The notes below the pieces were generated by a model. It was not told the DNA's origin. It was given only the letters and a program-made list of their open reading frames with translations, and did no database searches. The position numbers and the translations under genes were made by a program. From Candidatus Curtissbacteria bacterium RIFCSPLOWO2_12_FULL_41_16 (lineage in GTDB: Bacteria > Patescibacteriota > Microgenomatia > Curtissbacterales > GWA2-41-24), in NCBI GenBank assembly GCA_001776545.1, contig MFBZ01000002.1, positions 1 to 56,105 on the forward strand: a stretch of DNA of 56,105 bases, read 5' to 3'. The first letter of the stretch is position 1; every line of letters begins with the position of its first letter. Of this stretch, positions 53,295 to 56,105 are shown one piece after another.

Positions 53295-53353
53295 CCACCT
53301 CCGAGGAGTCCCCTTCGACTTCGCTCAGGGCAAGCAAGCCCACCTCGGAGGTG
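53295..53353. repeat. palindromic element pair of the CACCTC-S-GAGGTG family
   Basis: CCACCTCCGAGG (53295-53306) and CACCTCGGAGGTG (53341-53353) are separated by 34 nt. Confidence 0.8.
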
Positions 53354-53370
53354 TTTTGCAAGGAGAGTCT

Positions 53371-53429
53371 TTGATCCATTTTCACACCACTTCGTCCCAA
53401 TTGACACGTAGTTTTCATGGGTCTAATCT
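53371..53429 (+). promoter_or_regulatory. promoter (TTGACA-17-TAATCT) with conserved upstream box
   Basis: Hexamers at 53401-53406 and 53424-53429. The box TTGATCCATTTTCACACCACTTCGTCCC resembles the one at 50791-50819. Confidence 0.55.
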
Positions 53430-53476
53430 GGATTGAACACCAATTTCAGTCTGCATGCAAGTTACTGTCCGACTGT

Positions 53477-54661
53477 ATGCAGAACATATCTGCCCGACTA
53501 AACTCAAAAGTCCTTCTTTCAATAGCAACTATTTTTGCGGCCGCGGCCATCGTCCTCGGCGCTACTTTTGCTTTTTTCTCAGATACGGAAACATCCAAAG
53601 ACAATACATTTGTAGCCGGTGCTTTGGATCTTAAAGTAAACGGAGAAGATGATCCGTCACAGATCGTAAATATCACAGACCTGAAACCAGGCGACGATTA
53701 TCTTATCGATAAAACTTTATTGGTAGATTTTAACCCTGCCAAAATTTATGTCCATATCAAAGATATTGTTAATAATCAAGGCACGCAAACCGAGCCAGAG
53801 AATCTAGAGGAAGACAATACGCCTAAAAGCGACATCCAGAATTTCCTCACCTACGATCTTAAAGTTCAAGATGAAGTCATTATTTCGTTCCAAAACAATG
53901 TTCTCTTACCGGATGCTGTTTCCTGCTGGATCCCCCTCGGCCAAATTCCCGGTAATCAAAATGTTACCGTCACCCAAAGCTTTCACTTTGACGAAGACGT
54001 AACCAATTGGGCACAAGGTGACATCTTAACTTTCACCGAAGAATTCTTGGCTCTTCAAATTAACGACCCTACAATTCCCACAACCGGAGAAAATGTATGG
54101 AACCCCGACACAAAAAGCTGCGAACCCCCGCCTGTTATTGTCTCATGTGAACCAAATGACGCAATCTTTGCAAGCGGGTTTAGTAATGTTGCACAAGGCC
54201 TTCGAAAAGATGGCACTGCGGTTTTAGCCGATCGATCAGATCCAAACGACGCCACTGGAGCACCGCAAAGTCTTGGTAATCCAGACGACACGCCAGTTGT
54301 TGCTGGTAGTTTTTTCAGTTTAGGGTTCCCGCATGCTAATAACGGAAATGTTCCTGGCACTTTAGAACTTTCATTTAGCGAACCTTTCTTCCCGAATCCG
54401 AGCGGTTCCGATTTGCAAGTATTTGAGGTAACCGGAGGAACCTATCCCGAGGAGAGGGTTAGGGTGGAAGTAAGCCCAGACGGAACAACTTGGACGCTGG
54501 TTGCTGCTTCTGCTCTTCGCGACGCCCCAATTGAAATAAGCCCATTGACTTCTGCTCAATTTATCCGATTAACAGAAGCAAGCAATATCGCACCTTTCGA
54601 ATCAACTGCGGACGGATACGATCTTGACGCGGTTAAAGCATTTTGCACAGAAGCGGATTAA
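53477..54661 (+). CDS. TasA/camelysin (M73)-family protein with SipW-type signal peptide and ~190-aa C-terminal extension domain
   Basis: The start at ATG 53477 lies downstream of the predicted promoter. N-terminus KVLLSIATIFAAAAIVLGATFAFFSDTETSKDNTFVAGALDL is the SipW-dependent signal/TasA signature. The core ends ...QGDILTFTEEFLALQ. Confidence 0.75.
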   Translation: MQNISARLNSKVLLSIATIFAAAAIVLGATFAFFSDTETSKDNTFVAGALDLKVNGEDDPSQIVNITDLKPGDDYLIDKTLLVDFNPAKIYVHIKDIVNNQGTQTEPENLEEDNTPKSDIQNFLTYDLKVQDEVIISFQNNVLLPDAVSCWIPLGQIPGNQNVTVTQSFHFDEDVTNWAQGDILTFTEEFLALQINDPTIPTTGENVWNPDTKSCEPPPVIVSCEPNDAIFASGFSNVAQGLRKDGTAVLADRSDPNDATGAPQSLGNPDDTPVVAGSFFSLGFPHANNGNVPGTLELSFSEPFFPNPSGSDLQVFEVTGGTYPEERVRVEVSPDGTTWTLVAASALRDAPIEISPLTSAQFIRLTEASNIAPFESTADGYDLDAVKAFCTEAD

Positions 54662-54722
54662 GGATGGGATTTAGGATGAAGGATAAAGCCCAGTACCTTT
54701 TAGGCTTAATTACTAAACAAAC

Positions 54723-55037
54723 ATGTATTTTGTCTATCTTTTACAAAGTTTAAAAGACAACAAGTTTTATATTGGCCAAACAGAGAACGTCGTTCAGAGA
54801 TTAGCGATTCATAATTCTGGACAGGTCATATCGACAAAATCAAGGAGACCTTTCAGATTGGTTGGATATAAAACTTTTGATTTCCGGAATGAAGCACGTT
54901 GGTTTGAATATAACTTAAAAAATCACAGTGATAAAAAGAGAAAGTTTATAAATGAATTACGAAATAAAGGCCTCCGGCCACTCGGGTCTTGGAGAAAGGT
55001 CTCAGACCCGGAGGGCCTCCGGCCCGGAGGGAGGTGA
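54723..55037 (+). CDS. GIY-YIG domain protein (UPF0213/YhbQ-like)
   Basis: 104 aa with MYFVYLLQSLKDNKFYIGQTENVVQRLAIHNSG. The last ~25 codons are encoded by GC-rich palindromes. Confidence 0.8.
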   Translation: MYFVYLLQSLKDNKFYIGQTENVVQRLAIHNSGQVISTKSRRPFRLVGYKTFDFRNEARWFEYNLKNHSDKKRKFINELRNKGLRPLGSWRKVSDPEGLRPGGR

Positions 55038-55045
55038 AATAAAAA

Positions 55046-55984
55046 ATGGGAATAAACATAAATTCAAAAATCCTTTTGTCAGTCGCATCAATTGCTGCAG
55101 CAGCGGCTTTAATAGTCGGCGCAACTGTAGCCTTTTTTAGCGACACCGAGACATCAACCGGCAACACATTCGCCGCTGGCGAACTCGATCTTTTGGTAGA
55201 CAGCGAATGTCACTACTACCGAGTTGATACCAATCCAAGTCCATCACCATCACCAAGGTTACCGGGTTATGTAGATGTAGGTTGTGGAAACAATGGGACT
55301 TGGACAGAATCAGATCTTGTTCCAGGAGTCCACAAGTTCTTTAACTTTAACGATGTGAAACCTGGAGACAGAGGAGAGGATACAATCAGTCTCCATGTTG
55401 TAGACAACGATGCATGGGCATGGTTCTCGGTTACTGAAGAAGGGGACAGCGATGTCACTTGTACAGAGCCGGAAACTGAAAGTACTGATCCACAATGTGT
55501 TAATGCATCACCAGGCCCAAGCCTTACAGACGGTGAACTTCAAGAAGCTCTGGACTTTAATGTTTGGTTAGATCAAGGAGTAAAACCTGGCTTCCAAGGG
55601 AAAAGCAACGATGTAGGCGAAGGTGACAATATCTTTAATCAGGGTGATATCCAATTAGCTACGCCAGGGCCAATCGATGATCCGTCAGAACAATACAACC
55701 TTTGGCAGATTTTAGCAGGTGTGAGAGCAGGCCTAAATACAGCCTGTGATGGAGCTGACGACGATCCAGATGGTGACGGAGTAACAGCAGGCGCAGTTGG
55801 TCTTTGTCAAGGTTTACCAGACGACGGTCATCTAGTTGGAAGCACGACCTACTACTTTGGTGTAGGTTGGGAATTGCCTAGCGATACGGGTAACGAAGTT
55901 CAATCCGACAGTTTCGTGGCGGATATGGAGTTTAAGGTAGAACAATACCGCAATAACCCAAGTCCAAGCCCGTTCCCGATTTAG
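55046..55984 (+). CDS. TasA/camelysin (M73)-family protein with SipW-type signal peptide
   Basis: 312 aa, SD GGAGGTG 9 nt upstream. N-terminus KILLSVASIAAAAALIVGATVAFFSDTETSTGNTFAAGELDL, NDVKPGD block, and C-terminal QSDSFVADMEFKVEQ. Confidence 0.8.
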   Translation: MGININSKILLSVASIAAAAALIVGATVAFFSDTETSTGNTFAAGELDLLVDSECHYYRVDTNPSPSPSPRLPGYVDVGCGNNGTWTESDLVPGVHKFFNFNDVKPGDRGEDTISLHVVDNDAWAWFSVTEEGDSDVTCTEPETESTDPQCVNASPGPSLTDGELQEALDFNVWLDQGVKPGFQGKSNDVGEGDNIFNQGDIQLATPGPIDDPSEQYNLWQILAGVRAGLNTACDGADDDPDGDGVTAGAVGLCQGLPDDGHLVGSTTYYFGVGWELPSDTGNEVQSDSFVADMEFKVEQYRNNPSPSPFPI

Positions 55985-56105
55985 GTGAGTGATAAAGATA
56001 ACAGAATGGGCGGGGGTTACTGTCCTAAAAAGCACCTCCGCCCTTCGAGGCCAACTAATTGTCGTCTGAATTTTGAAAAGGGAGTTGAATGATTAAGCAA
56101 TTCAT

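Noticed and set aside
1-56105. Possible alternative genetic code (UGA recoded), as in some CPR lineages.
   Set aside because: Many well-defined genes end at TGA with sensible lengths (lgt at 2518-2520, lysS at 14056-14058, the 558-1061 ORF). Conserved proteins are uninterrupted and an RF2 gene with the SPF motif is present. The standard bacterial code fits.

Overview
The window is a gene-dense stretch of about 56 kb with moderate GC and standard genetic code. TGA is used as a stop and an RF2 gene is present. The gene set suggests a reduced-genome bacterium of the Patescibacteria/CPR type; that placement is inference, not proven here.

Positions 1-33 kb are mostly housekeeping genes on the + strand: lit-like/lgt, lon, H+-PPase, tRNA-Glu, greA, lysS, serS, secA, a polyprenol-sugar glycosylation pair, an L,D-transpeptidase, uppP, prfB, ftsEX plus a coiled-coil M23 peptidase, tsaE/tsaC/short tsaB, and an epimerase.

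Positions 33-56 kb are accessory and cell-surface. They hold an IS200-like RAYT transposase with its REP hairpins, a sortase, a subtilisin, and four paralogous secreted proteins built from a ~90-aa Asn/Thr/Gly-rich module. They also hold a nucleotide-sugar / processive GT2 / GH18-like / GT-C / WbqC / PIG-L glycan locus, and two TasA/camelysin-like proteins with SipW-type signal peptides separated by a GIY-YIG gene.

Three kinds of non-coding structure stand out.
1. Intergenic spacers are built from locus-specific degenerate heptanucleotide tandem repeats. These include a 20-unit, 140-bp array that fills a whole intercistronic gap.
2. A REP family with core GGTC-S-GACC flanks the RAYT gene and is also embedded in frame inside it.
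3. A second palindromic family with core CACCTC-S-GAGGTG (anti-SD/SD-like) occurs in spacers and, with compensatory substitutions, in frame inside the C-terminal tail of SecA.

The best candidate for an undescribed system is the surface-fibre locus: the module-repeat proteins, sortase, S8 protease, TasA-like proteins and glycan genes. It is partly tied together by a shared promoter-upstream box.

All functional calls come from motif recognition by eye. No searches were run.
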